Positions 7,989 to 18,004 of a stretch of DNA of 44,041 bases are shown in pieces (position 1 is the first letter of the stretch; every line of letters begins with the position of its first letter). This DNA is from an uncultured Bacilli bacterium. Its GTDB lineage: Bacteria; Bacillota_I; Bacilli_A; RF39; UBA660. Both the position numbers and the translations under genes were made by a program. The stretch covers positions 1-44,041 of the forward strand of contig CAKOMU010000001.1 in NCBI GenBank assembly GCA_934096755.1. The letters are read 5' to 3'. Below the pieces are notes generated by a model. That model worked only from the letters and a program-made list of their open reading frames with translations. It was not told where the DNA came from and did no database searches.

Positions 7989-9078
7989 TTATTGGCTTCT
8001 TTTGTTTTTCATAATTATAAGAATTAGTGTGAGTAAGTATGTCATAGATGATACTAGCATTCAGTTCCGTCTTATATTCTAAAGAATTGATATCAGGGGT
8101 AGTAGGAATAGTTGTTTTTATTTGCTTAAGATATTGTTGTCCCTTAGTATTAAAACCTAATATTTTTGTATATCTTAATTCTTGAGAGTAATTTTTAGGA
8201 ATACTTAAAAGAATATGGATGAACATTCTGTTTAAACGATTGTAAGTATATCTTTTGGTTTTAATTAATTTTAAGAATTCTTCAAGAGTATTAGCTTTTT
8301 TAATGTATTTTTGCAATCTATATTCGATCCCTTCATCGACATCTAAATATTCATTTAAGTGTTTGTCGGTAAGAATTTTTGTCTTTAATAAATAAAAGTA
8401 CAGTTGGTGATTAGGTTCTTTAAGTAATTTACTAGAAAGTGCAGGTAAATATTTTTTTATATCTTCTTTATGTTTTAATTTATTTCTTATATTACTAGCA
8501 CTGATGATGGTATTATTACTAATAGTATCATGATAACTGTTGGTTCTTTTTATTGTAATGGGTGTGATAGGATAATTGTTTTGTTTTATTTGCGATATAT
8601 AAGAAATTCCTAATAAGTCATTTGGGGAAAAAGAAAATGATATGTTGGTAGCTTTGGCAAGGGCAGTTGGATAGTTAAATCCTTGATTTAAATATGATTT
8701 TACTTCTTCTTGATATTGTGTATTTTGCTGCATATTTACTATTTGCAAAAGAAGTTGGATATCGTTACATTCACTACCAAAAATAAGTTTGGAAATATGA
8801 AAATTATTTAAAATAGTGAGTGCATATTTAGCAAATGTATCTGCAGATTGAGTACCATAAAGTGTAGGTAATTCTAAAACTATGTCTATATTTTCTTCTA
8901 AAGCAATTTGGGTTTTGGCTTCTTTTGATAAATAGGAAATTTCTCCTCGTTCTAAGAAATAACCATTTAAAACTAATATAATTATAGCGTCTGGGTAGAG
9001 TTCTTTAATTTTTTTTATGTGATAAATATGTCCATTATGAAATGGGTTATATTCACAAATTATACCGATTGCTTCCAT
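7978..9078 (-). CDS. tmcAL: tRNA(Met) cytidine acetate ligase (YlbM/UPF0348 family nucleotidyltransferase)
   Basis: The N-terminus GIICEYNPFHNGHIYHI is the family HxGH-type signature, and the size is about 366 aa. Confidence 0.8.
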   Translation of the reverse strand: MEAIGIICEYNPFHNGHIYHIKKIKELYPDAIIILVLNGYFLERGEISYLSKEAKTQIALEENIDIVLELPTLYGTQSADTFAKYALTILNNFHISKLIFGSECNDIQLLLQIVNMQQNTQYQEEVKSYLNQGFNYPTALAKATNISFSFSPNDLLGISYISQIKQNNYPITPITIKRTNSYHDTISNNTIISASNIRNKLKHKEDIKKYLPALSSKLLKEPNHQLYFYLLKTKILTDKHLNEYLDVDEGIEYRLQKYIKKANTLEEFLKLIKTKRYTYNRLNRMFIHILLSIPKNYSQELRYTKILGFNTKGQQYLKQIKTTIPTTPDINSLEYKTELNASIIYDILTHTNSYNYEKQKKPIIKH

Positions 9079-9080
9079 AG

Positions 9081-9446
9081 TTAAATATAAAAATATGTGG
9101 AATTCATGATGGCGATTAAAACATCATTTGAATCATAAATATTAGTGTTTAAGATACAAGTTTTATGGCCTTTTTTAATGACAGTACTTTTAGCAATTAA
9201 AAAACTACCTGTACTAGGTTTTAAATAATTTATTGAAGCATTTAAAGTTAAGCTTTTTCCTCCTAATATATTAGCATGTACACCCATAACAGTATCTCCT
9301 AATGAAAAAATTAAACCACCATGAACAATACCAAAGGGATTTAAAGAGTTATCAGTAATTACACATTTGCCAATCGTTTCTTGTTTATCTTCCTTAATTA
9401 TTTCAATATTGTTATATTTAATAAAACTAGTATTTATATTTTGCAT
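9081..9446 (-). CDS. PaaI-family hotdog-fold thioesterase
   Basis: NPFGIVHGGLIFSLGDTVMG motif. The protein is 121 aa. Confidence 0.7.
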   Translation of the reverse strand: MQNINTSFIKYNNIEIIKEDKQETIGKCVITDNSLNPFGIVHGGLIFSLGDTVMGVHANILGGKSLTLNASINYLKPSTGSFLIAKSTVIKKGHKTCILNTNIYDSNDVLIAIMNSTYFYI

Positions 9447-9522
9447 ATTTTTCCTCCTGATATGATTATAGCATTTAAAAAGTACCTAGTAAATGTTATA
9501 ATAGGATAAAAACGGAGGAGTT

Positions 9523-10383
9523 ATGAAAGTTGTAATACTGGGACCAACAGGTGTTGGTAAAACAAAAATGAGTATAGAATTGGCTAAGTGGTTAGATGCT
9601 TGGGTTATTAATTGTGATGCTGTTCAAGTTTATCAAGAATTAAATATTGGTAGTGCTAAAGTGACAGAAGAAGAAAAAGAAGGTATTAATCATTACTTAT
9701 TTGATCTTAAAAGTCCTAAAGATGAATATACAGTTAAAGATTATCAAAAAGATGTGAGAGATATCTTGGATAATAATAAAGATCGAAATTTAATATTAGT
9801 GGGTGGTACAGGTTTGTATGCCTGTGCAGCGTTATATGATTATCGATTTTTAGAGGATATAGATTCTAATGATTATGATGATTTAAGTAATGAAGAGTTA
9901 TATCAATTAGCTTTAGCAAAAGATGAAAATTGTCAAATAGATAAAAATAATCGAGTGCGTTTGTTAAGATTTATTAAAAAAAGTCGTAATTATGTAGAAC
10001 CAAAGTTATTATATCCTGATACTATTTTTATAGGACTTACCACCGATAGATCTAATCTTTATGATATTATTAATAAAAGAGTTGATAAAATGATCGATAC
10101 AGGGTTAATTAAAGAAGTTGAAGAGTTATATCATAAATATCCAGATAGTAGTATTTTAAAAAGAGCGATTGGTTATAAAGAAATTATTAGTTATTTGAAA
10201 CAAGAAATATCTTTAGAAGATGCTATTAATTTAATAAAGAAAAATAGTAGACATTATGCTAAAAGACAATATACATGGTTTAATAATAAAATGAATATTA
10301 ATTGGTTTAACGTTAATTATGATAATTTTGAGTTGACAATTAAAGAAGTAGAGAATTTTATTTCTAGTTGTCAGGATAATTAA
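9523..10383 (+). CDS. miaA: tRNA dimethylallyltransferase
   Basis: P-loop ILGPTGVGKT, NCDAVQVY, GGTGLY and HYAKRQYTWF all match. Confidence 0.92.
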   Translation: MKVVILGPTGVGKTKMSIELAKWLDAWVINCDAVQVYQELNIGSAKVTEEEKEGINHYLFDLKSPKDEYTVKDYQKDVRDILDNNKDRNLILVGGTGLYACAALYDYRFLEDIDSNDYDDLSNEELYQLALAKDENCQIDKNNRVRLLRFIKKSRNYVEPKLLYPDTIFIGLTTDRSNLYDIINKRVDKMIDTGLIKEVEELYHKYPDSSILKRAIGYKEIISYLKQEISLEDAINLIKKNSRHYAKRQYTWFNNKMNINWFNVNYDNFELTIKEVENFISSCQDN

Positions 10384-10418
10384 TTTGTGATATAAATATG
10401 GTTGTGTGGTGAAATTTT

Positions 10419-11663
10419 ATGCATAATAAGAAAAAATTAGGGGTTATATTTATTTGGGGGAGTTTGTTTTTTTTATTTACTTCTATAGTATTTGGTGTTA
10501 TTGGTATACATTCTAATTTGTTGGTTAAAAAGATACTTTGGTATATAGTTATTGGTATAGGTATTTTAAGTTTAATATTGTTATTGGTGGGTATTTTATT
10601 AGTAAGAAAAAAGAAATGGCGTAGAAACTTTAAAAAGTGGCAATTAATAGTAGTATCTTTATTTATTAGTTTATATATTTTAGGCTGTTCTGGTTTTTTG
10701 TTTATTTTATATGGCCCAATTGATACTTTTCGCAATTGGTTAATTACGACGGCGATGGGGACGATGTCACATCAATATTTATGTCAATGGTTTTACAGTA
10801 CAGATGAAATTAATACAGTTTTAGGAGACAATTATATTGATGCTGGAGATGCAGAGACTGATGCTAGTTTGATAGATCATAAAGAAACGATTCATTATGC
10901 TAATGAATATGAAAAACAAATTTTAGAACGTAACAAAAATGATTTATATAAAGTAATTACTTTTGAAGTTAATGGGGTAAAAGCTTATTTGGCAGCGGTT
11001 TATGATGCTAGTAAAATTAGTGTTGGTTATTCTAAATGGTTACATACTAGTGGTCAATATATATATGATATGGCTAAGGAACAAAATTCAGTATTAACTA
11101 TAAATGGTGGAGGATTTAAAGATCCTGGACAAAGTAGTAAGGGTGCTGATCCTATAGGGGTGACCATTAGTAATGGTAAAATTATTACCAATGAAAATAT
11201 TGGTGGAGCTTATGGTGTAATTGGCTTTAATAAAGATAATACTTTGGTTTTAAAACAAAGTACTTCAGCACAAAAATTAATTGATGAAGGAGTTCGTGAT
11301 GCTGTTACAATGGCGCCTTTCTTAATTGTTAATGGTAAGCCATCATTTGTTAAAGGTAATGGTGGATGGGGTGTTGCTGCCCGTACAGCGATTGGTCAAA
11401 GAAAAGATGGTATTGTATTGTTCTTAGTTATTGATAGTAATTATAATCGTACTAAAGGGGCAACAATGGCTGATTTAGTAGAAATAATGCAAAGGTATGG
11501 TGCAGTTAATGCGGCTAATTTAGATGGTGGTACTTCGAGTGTTATGGTAGAAAAACATGGCAGTGGAGATAGTGCTACTTATGATATGTTGAATGATCCA
11601 ATTGATTCAGCTAATAGACATAGAACAAGGGGTATACCAACTATATTTAAAGTTGTAGAATAA
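10419..11663 (+). CDS. Phosphodiester glycosidase (DUF2233/NAGPA-like) family protein with three N-terminal TM segments
   Basis: TINGGGF, RTAIGQRKDG and ANLDGGTSS motifs, with three hydrophobic helices in the first roughly 100 aa. Confidence 0.7.
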   Translation: MHNKKKLGVIFIWGSLFFLFTSIVFGVIGIHSNLLVKKILWYIVIGIGILSLILLLVGILLVRKKKWRRNFKKWQLIVVSLFISLYILGCSGFLFILYGPIDTFRNWLITTAMGTMSHQYLCQWFYSTDEINTVLGDNYIDAGDAETDASLIDHKETIHYANEYEKQILERNKNDLYKVITFEVNGVKAYLAAVYDASKISVGYSKWLHTSGQYIYDMAKEQNSVLTINGGGFKDPGQSSKGADPIGVTISNGKIITNENIGGAYGVIGFNKDNTLVLKQSTSAQKLIDEGVRDAVTMAPFLIVNGKPSFVKGNGGWGVAARTAIGQRKDGIVLFLVIDSNYNRTKGATMADLVEIMQRYGAVNAANLDGGTSSVMVEKHGSGDSATYDMLNDPIDSANRHRTRGIPTIFKVVE

Positions 11664-11710
11664 ATTTAATTATTTTACAACTTTTTATTTTTAAAAAACT
11701 GTCCGTAGAT

Positions 11711-11745
11711 AAGTAATTAAAATTATTAGTTAATTACTTTTTTTT
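11711..11745 (+). terminator. Rho-independent terminator
   Basis: AAGTAATTAA / TTAATTACTT form a 10-bp stem followed by T8. A second hairpin (CTAGAAA/TTTCTAG, about 11757-11775) serves the convergent minus-strand gene. Confidence 0.7.
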
Positions 11746-11769
11746 AAAACAAAAAACTAGAAAATTTTT

Positions 11770-12717
11770 CTAGTTAAATTCTAAATAATATAATTTATTG
11801 AAATTGTGTTCTTCGATAACTGTTTCGCCTTTATCAGCTTCATGCATGGCTTCTGTAGTTACTAAAAAGTAGGTGTGGAATAAGTAATCTTTGTTATCAC
11901 TACTAACTGGGTCATCCCAAGTAAGATCGATGTGTAACCATTCATCATTTACTTTAACAGCGTTCCAAATATGACCTGTTGCTGAATAACTGATTTCATC
12001 TGGTGTCGTTGCTATTTTATAATTATCGTAGCCCAATTTCGTTAAATAGATAGCCATTAAATCTGTATAACCATTACAAGTTGCAAAACCTTCAAATAAC
12101 GGACCATAGGCATTATATGATTTATAATTGCTGGTTTTAGATTCATTTCTTTCAACATCATACTTAGCATGATTGACAATGTAGTCATGAACTGCTTTGA
12201 TTTTATCGTAATCTTCCATATCATCAGTGATAAGAGTACTTAATATCTCATCCGTTTTATTGTCAATGGCTAAAATCTCTTCAGGTGTATATAAGTAATT
12301 AATTTTTAAGGTTATTTCTCCTGAATCATTAATTGTACTTTTAATATTTGTAAAACTATTAAAAGGGTGAACATAATTATTTAAATGAGTAAGAATTAAT
12401 TCATCTCCACTAATTTTAGTTGCATCTTCGACACAATTTTGATATTCCTCTGGACAATAAAAAGTAAAAGTGCTCCATCCATTATCAATCACAGTGTAAT
12501 AAATATTTAAAACATCTTGAAAAGAATAGGGAATATAATCAGTACTTCTTTGAACATATAAATAATCTTTATTTTTAGTATAGTTATTTAAAGGTTTTAG
12601 TACCAGTTGAGGCTCTTTTTCAATTATATTGACAATTTTATCCGTGATGGGATTCATAAAGGCAATAGATACTATTAAAATACATAAACAACATATGGGG
12701 ATAACCATTTTTTTCAT
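11770..12717 (-). CDS. Secreted or membrane-anchored transglutaminase-like cysteine protease domain protein
   Basis: N-terminal hydrophobic segment. FATCNGYTDLMAIYL (Cys), GHIWNAVKV (His) and HIDLTWDD (Asp) make up the transglutaminase-core triad. Confidence 0.7.
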   Translation of the reverse strand: MKKMVIPICCLCILIVSIAFMNPITDKIVNIIEKEPQLVLKPLNNYTKNKDYLYVQRSTDYIPYSFQDVLNIYYTVIDNGWSTFTFYCPEEYQNCVEDATKISGDELILTHLNNYVHPFNSFTNIKSTINDSGEITLKINYLYTPEEILAIDNKTDEILSTLITDDMEDYDKIKAVHDYIVNHAKYDVERNESKTSNYKSYNAYGPLFEGFATCNGYTDLMAIYLTKLGYDNYKIATTPDEISYSATGHIWNAVKVNDEWLHIDLTWDDPVSSDNKDYLFHTYFLVTTEAMHEADKGETVIEEHNFNKLYYLEFN

Positions 12718-12775
12718 TAAAATTAATCACTCTCTTTATTTATATAATAGCAAAAAAAAATAAAGTAAACAATTG

Positions 12776-13039
12776 TTACTTCATATTTTTAATTTTTTGT
12801 GTCAATCTAGATTTTTGACGATCAGCAGTATTTTTCTTGATTAAACCTTTACTAACTGCTTTATCTGTATATTTTTGAATATCTTTGTTCAATTTGTTTG
12901 CTTCTTCAACATTGTCAGCGGCGATAGCCTTTTCGCAGTTTTTAATAAGGTTTTGAACACGCATTTTTAGTTCATGATTATTATCTGTTTTTTTAGCAAT
13001 TACTTTAACAGCTTTTTTTGAACTTTTAATATTTGGCAT
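12776..13039 (-). CDS. rpsT: 30S ribosomal protein S20
   Basis: I trim the start to MPNIKSSKKAVKV (ATG 13039), which has SD AGGAAGGAG 8 nt upstream. The track start at 13078 adds 13 non-conserved residues. Confidence 0.93.
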   Translation of the reverse strand: MPNIKSSKKAVKVIAKKTDNNHELKMRVQNLIKNCEKAIAADNVEEANKLNKDIQKYTDKAVSKGLIKKNTADRQKSRLTQKIKNMK

Positions 13040-13119
13040 AATCTTTGCTCCTTCCTCATTTCTTACTAATTTTAACAAAATTTTTCATAATAAGCAAGGC
13101 ATTTTGTAAATTTTGTACG

Positions 13120-14181
13120 CTATTTCGTTATTTTATCTTGATTGTTTATAAGAATAGTTTTTATTATTTCAATTAGTAATTTTTTTTCATCACTCGTTAA
13201 ATTAGTAGTTTCTTTGATTAAACTGATTGTTTTAGTAAGATGAATTCCGTTTAATTCACTTTTTAACGTGTATCCGGAATTGTATAATATTTTAAAGAAT
13301 GTTTGGCAAAAGCTTTGTCGTTTATTTTGAGGAATGGTTTGAAAGATTTGTTCTATTTTTTGATGAAAAGCTAAAGAATTAGGAGATAATGTTGTTTCAA
13401 TGAATTTGTCGTTTTGAATTAACCATGAGTGAGCATTATGTTGATAGATCCCTAAAGCGTTACTTTTGATAATTTTTTTGGGGCCATCATTATTTAAAAT
13501 CATGCCAATTAAAGATTCTTCAGGATAATAAGCCCGAATTTTCTCTTTAATTTTTTGATATTTATGGCTATTTACAATCTCTTTGGCAAATCCAGGACCA
13601 TCATAATTAAAAGCATAAGCAATTTTATAACGATTTAAAAAATTGGCTTCCATAAGGGCATACATGGCTAAATTTCCTCCCTTAGAGTGACCACCGACGT
13701 AGATTAATAAATCATTTAACTTGATGTTTTCTTTTAAATACTTAGTGGCTTGAATTTGAGCTGGTATGGGATAGCGATAACTCATCATAAAGTTTTCTTC
13801 CCAACCGACGATTAAATCATTGGTACCTTCAAAAGCAATAAATTTAAATAGATGAGGTACTTTAATTGTAATGGCTCCAAATTGTGTGGTTTTACTTTCA
13901 ATGCAAGCGTAAGAATCTATAATATTGTTTTGAAAACGTTTAGATGTGGCTAAAGCTTTCAATAAACTTTTGTTTTTTTCGGTAAATTTATCTTTCGTTT
14001 TAAGACTGAATTTGTTAATTAAACGTTCATAAGCATTTTTAATTGTCGTTGGATGATTAATTAGTCCACGAAAATCAATATATGGAAGTAGAGAATAAAT
14101 GAGAGCATCTATTTCATTAAAAGCTTTTTCTTGATAGGTTAAATCTTTGTTTGCCTGAATATATTTTAAAATGTTGTCCAT
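13120..14181 (-). CDS. Mbeg1-like (DUF2974) alpha/beta-hydrolase or lipase-like protein
   Basis: VGGHSKGGNLAMYA is a nucleophile elbow typical of the Mbeg1-like family. Confidence 0.6.
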   Translation of the reverse strand: MDNILKYIQANKDLTYQEKAFNEIDALIYSLLPYIDFRGLINHPTTIKNAYERLINKFSLKTKDKFTEKNKSLLKALATSKRFQNNIIDSYACIESKTTQFGAITIKVPHLFKFIAFEGTNDLIVGWEENFMMSYRYPIPAQIQATKYLKENIKLNDLLIYVGGHSKGGNLAMYALMEANFLNRYKIAYAFNYDGPGFAKEIVNSHKYQKIKEKIRAYYPEESLIGMILNNDGPKKIIKSNALGIYQHNAHSWLIQNDKFIETTLSPNSLAFHQKIEQIFQTIPQNKRQSFCQTFFKILYNSGYTLKSELNGIHLTKTISLIKETTNLTSDEKKLLIEIIKTILINNQDKITK

Positions 14182-14285
14182 TTAATATCACCGTTACTAT
14201 TATAAAACAAATAAAAATAATTTCCTAGTCTGGTTATTCGACATATTTTGTATTAGTGTCATTATATAATTAATTTGGGATCGAT

Positions 14286-15218
14286 ATGAAAAAAAGAATG
14301 AATTTAAGAAAAAATGTAAAAATTGAATTGGTGAAATTAATAATTATTTTGGGAATTTTAGGGCTTTCTTTTTGGCTTACTTTTAAAATACTTTATAATT
14401 CATTAAATATACAAGTAGATAACTCGTTATATTTAGATTATTTAGTAAATGATTCGATGAGTACTTATAGTTTAGCGGATCTAAGTAATATGACTAGTAC
14501 TGAGTTTTTGTTAAAGTATTCTTTTGGTATTGATAAATTTAATAGTGGTACAGAACTTGATATAACGACACCGGTAGTTAATACTAAAAGTAATGTGGAA
14601 CAATTAGATCCAGTGGTCTATATTTTTAATACACATCAAACGGAAGGATATCGTAGCAATTTTTTGGATACTTTTAATATCAATAATACTGTTTATTTAG
14701 GAAGTCATATTTTAGGAGAATATTTACGAGATTTAGGAATTGGCGTAATAGTTGAAGAAAATAGTATTGTAGATATTTTAAATGCTAATGGTTGGAAATA
14801 TGGTTATAGTTATAAGGCTAGTCGCATGTTGTTAGAAAATGCTTATCAAAATAATAATACGCTTAATTTTTTTATAGATTTACATCGTGATTCTGCCAGT
14901 TATGAACGAACGGTTTTGGAAGATAATGGTGTTAAATATGCTAAAGTTTTATTCGTAGTTGGGTTAGAGCACGAAAATTATCAAGCTAATTTAGATTTGG
15001 CTAAAAATTTAAATGAAAGATTAAAACAAATAAAACCAGGATTGAGTCGAGGGGTGTTAGAAAAAAAAGGACCAGGAGTAAATGGTAAGTATAATCAAGA
15101 TTTTAATCCTAATACAATATTGATTGAAGTAGGGGGACAATATAATTACATAGAGGAAGTTAATAATAGTTTAAAAATAGTAGCTCAAGTTTTATATGAT
15201 TATTTGAAGGGATACTAA
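14286..15218 (+). CDS. spoIIP: Stage II sporulation protein P (engulfment cell-wall hydrolase)
   Basis: N-terminal TM, plus VYIFNTHQTEGY, IDLHRDS and ILIEVGG motifs. The position upstream of lepA matches B. subtilis. Confidence 0.85.
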   Translation: MKKRMNLRKNVKIELVKLIIILGILGLSFWLTFKILYNSLNIQVDNSLYLDYLVNDSMSTYSLADLSNMTSTEFLLKYSFGIDKFNSGTELDITTPVVNTKSNVEQLDPVVYIFNTHQTEGYRSNFLDTFNINNTVYLGSHILGEYLRDLGIGVIVEENSIVDILNANGWKYGYSYKASRMLLENAYQNNNTLNFFIDLHRDSASYERTVLEDNGVKYAKVLFVVGLEHENYQANLDLAKNLNERLKQIKPGLSRGVLEKKGPGVNGKYNQDFNPNTILIEVGGQYNYIEEVNNSLKIVAQVLYDYLKGY

Positions 15219-15541
15219 TGAAAAAGAAAAATAATTGGTTTAAAAAAATTATGATTGTTTTAATAATTATCTTTTTGGGATTATACATAGCTTCTGTAAG
15301 TGGTTATTATGAAGCCCAAGTTAGTAATAAAGTGGCTTTGACAGATGAAGCTATTAGGGATTTTGAAAGAGATGTTTTGGAAGGAAAGACAGTAGATATT
15401 AATACTTATATTCAAAATGAAGATGTCGATTATAGTAATAAGTTTACGAAAACAGGAGAAAATGTTGCTCAGGCAATCATTGATATTATTACAAAATGTT
15501 TTAGTGGATGTTGGGATGCAATTAAGGTTTTATTTTTTTAA
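15218..15541 (+). CDS. Small membrane protein, YqxA-like by position and architecture
   Basis: 107 aa with one N-terminal TM. It lies between spoIIP and lepA exactly like B. subtilis yqxA, and its start overlaps the spoIIP stop (TAATG). Confidence 0.5.
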   Translation: MKKKNNWFKKIMIVLIIIFLGLYIASVSGYYEAQVSNKVALTDEAIRDFERDVLEGKTVDINTYIQNEDVDYSNKFTKTGENVAQAIIDIITKCFSGCWDAIKVLFF

Positions 15542-15575
15542 GTGTTATGTTAAAATAAAAGCTGGGTGATGTACT

Positions 15576-17369
15576 GTGGCTAAAGAACATATACGTAATT
15601 TTTCAATTATTGCCCATATTGATCATGGGAAAAGTACGTTAGCAGATAGAATTTTGGAAATTACAGGAGCTTTATCAAAAAGAGAGATGAAAGATCAAAT
15701 TCTAGATAATATGGATCTAGAAAGAGAAAGAGGTATAACAATTAAGTTAAATGCAGTGAGGCTTAAATACCATTATAACGGTGAAGACTATAAAATTAAT
15801 TTAATTGATACTCCAGGTCATGTCGACTTTTCTTATGAGGTTTCACGAAGTTTGGCGGCTTGTGAAGGAGCTTTATTAATTGTCGATGCTGCTCAAGGAA
15901 TTGAGGCACAAACTTTAGCTAATTTGTACTTGGCGATGGAACAAGACTTAAAAATTATTCCAGTTATTAATAAGATTGACTTACCAAATGCAGATATTCC
16001 ACGAGTAACTAAAGAATTAGTAGATGTCTTAGGTTTTAAAGAAGATGAAATAATTTTATGTAGTGCTAAGACAGGTGAAGGTGTTGAAGATATTATAAAA
16101 GCGGTGATTGAAAGAATTCCAGAACCGGTGATAGATGTTTTTAAGCCTACGAGAGCTTTGATATTTGATTCTTATTTTGATTCTTATCGAGGCGTTATTT
16201 TATTAGTTAAAGTAGTGGATGGTAAAATTAAGCTTGGTGATAAAATTAAAATGATGGCTAGTGGTAGCACTTTTGAAGTAGTTGAGTTGGGAGTTCATAC
16301 CCCAAAAGAATTAAAATATAAAGAATTGCTAAGTGGAGAAGTAGGGTATGTTTGTGCAGCGATTAAAGATATTAGTACCGTAAGTGTGGGAGATACTATA
16401 ACTGTTTTAGGAAATGAAGATGTTATGCCTATAAAAGGGTATAAAGAAATGAAACCAATGGTATTTTCTGGAATTTTTCCAACAGAACCTAATCGTTATG
16501 AAGAGTTAAAAGAAGCCTTAATAAAATTAAAGCTAAATGATGCAGCCTTGCATTTTGAACCAGAAACTAGTGAAGCTTTGGGATTTGGTTTTCGTATTGG
16601 TTTTTTAGGACTTCTTCATATGGATGTCGTAATTACAAGAATTGAAAGAGAATTTGGTATCAATATTATTGCTACTAGTCCTAGTGTTGTTTACAAAGTG
16701 ACTTTAACTGATGGCGATGTGGTAGATGTCGATGCTCCTAATAAAATGCCAGATCGAGCAAAAATATTGAAAATTGAAGAACCATATATATATACTAGTA
16801 TTATTGCTCCATCTACTTACATTGGTGCAATTATGGAACTGTGTCAAAATAAAAGAGGGATATATAAAGCTGTAGATTATATAGATGCTACGAGAATTAA
16901 TGTTCACTATGAAATTCCTTTGGCGGAAATTGTTTATGATTTTTATGACCGTTTGAAAAGTACGACCAAAGGGTATGCTTCTTTTGACTACGAATTAAAC
17001 GGTTATAAAGAAAGTAGTTTAGTAAAGATGGATATTTTATTAAACGGAGAAATAGTTGATGCTTTAAGTGTAATTGTTCATAAAGATTTTGCTTACCAAA
17101 AGGGAAGAAGTATTGTTGGAAAGTTGAGAGAATTAATTCCTAGACAAATGTTTCAAATTCCTATTCAAGCTAGTATTGGCTCTAAAGTTATTGCTAGAGA
17201 AAATATTAGTGCTTTAAAGAAAAATGTGTTGGCTAAATGCTATGGTGGAGATGTTTCACGAAAAAGAAAACTATTGGAAAAACAAAAGGAAGGAAAAAAA
17301 CGAATGAAAATGGTTGGTTCTGTTGAGGTGCCACAAGAAGCATTTTTAGCCGTTTTGGGGGATGAATGA
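15576..17369 (+). CDS. lepA: Elongation factor 4
   Basis: GTG start. [23 protein letters not shown] and NKID form the GTPase motifs, with a conserved LepA C-terminus. Confidence 0.97.
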   Translation: MAKEHIRNFSIIAHIDHGKSTLADRILEITGALSKREMKDQILDNMDLERERGITIKLNAVRLKYHYNGEDYKINLIDTPGHVDFSYEVSRSLAACEGALLIVDAAQGIEAQTLANLYLAMEQDLKIIPVINKIDLPNADIPRVTKELVDVLGFKEDEIILCSAKTGEGVEDIIKAVIERIPEPVIDVFKPTRALIFDSYFDSYRGVILLVKVVDGKIKLGDKIKMMASGSTFEVVELGVHTPKELKYKELLSGEVGYVCAAIKDISTVSVGDTITVLGNEDVMPIKGYKEMKPMVFSGIFPTEPNRYEELKEALIKLKLNDAALHFEPETSEALGFGFRIGFLGLLHMDVVITRIEREFGINIIATSPSVVYKVTLTDGDVVDVDAPNKMPDRAKILKIEEPYIYTSIIAPSTYIGAIMELCQNKRGIYKAVDYIDATRINVHYEIPLAEIVYDFYDRLKSTTKGYASFDYELNGYKESSLVKMDILLNGEIVDALSVIVHKDFAYQKGRSIVGKLRELIPRQMFQIPIQASIGSKVIARENISALKKNVLAKCYGGDVSRKRKLLEKQKEGKKRMKMVGSVEVPQEAFLAVLGDE

Positions 17370-18004
17370 TGAAAGAAAAAATTAAAGAAAACGTATTGAA
17401 TAAAGCAATTAAAGTTGATCAAAATTTATTAAGAGAATGGTATCCAATGCCATCACGAAGAAGTAATTTTATTGCTAATTGTGCACTTACTTTTGGTTTA
17501 CAATTAGAGACTTTAGCTGTTATTTTTGGTAAAACAGAATGGGAAATGCGCAATTATTTGTTAAAAGCTGATTGTGTTTCTTCTTTAAATCGTTTATTTT
17601 ATTCAGGTGTAATTAATCAAGAAGAAGCAATTGCTAATTTTAATCAATTTTATACCAAGTTGACTGATGCTTATAATAATGGGCAAAAGGTTAAGGATAT
17701 TTTGGCAGAAATTTATGATTATAAAGTTTATGAGTTTAAGAAAAATCATAAAGCAGGTCAATCTCTTAGTACAGAAAATATCATGATGTTAATGAAGTAT
17801 CAAGTCAAACATTTGATTTCGACAAAAGAAATGGGGTTGTTATTTAATTTTAATCCTGGGCATTACCGTCGACAAATTAACAAAATAAATTATGAAGTAA
17901 AAAATAGAGAAATTAAAAAATTATTAGCTAATTACTATTCTTTAATTGATAAGAGTGAAAAATCTTTTAAAGAAAATACATTAAAAAGAGTGTACCATGG
18001 CTAA
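17366..18004 (+). CDS. Hypothetical helical protein wedged between lepA and hemW
   Basis: 212 aa with no TM. The start overlaps the lepA stop (ATGA) and the stop overlaps the hemW start (ATGGCTAA). Two HTH-like segments are visible by eye: [19 protein letters not shown] and [20 protein letters not shown]. Confidence 0.6.
   Translation: MMKEKIKENVLNKAIKVDQNLLREWYPMPSRRSNFIANCALTFGLQLETLAVIFGKTEWEMRNYLLKADCVSSLNRLFYSGVINQEEAIANFNQFYTKLTDAYNNGQKVKDILAEIYDYKVYEFKKNHKAGQSLSTENIMMLMKYQVKHLISTKEMGLLFNFNPGHYRRQINKINYEVKNREIKKLLANYYSLIDKSEKSFKENTLKRVYHG

Noticed and set aside
10364-10735. 123-aa minus-strand ORF
   Set aside because: It lies antisense to the well-supported phosphodiester glycosidase gene and the end of miaA. 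Its composition is low-complexity and Ile/Asn/Lys-rich, typical of shadow ORFs in AT-rich DNA, and it has no SD.
16704-17422. Two minus-strand ORFs (16704-16907 and 17240-17422) inside lepA
   Set aside because: They are antisense to a highly conserved GTPase gene and are short. I treated the other listed antisense ORFs as shadows for the same reason: 20554-20883, 30856-31056, 34699-34998, 35476-35685, 37831-38040, 38286-38489, 39067-39297, 39538-39738 and 41644-41853.
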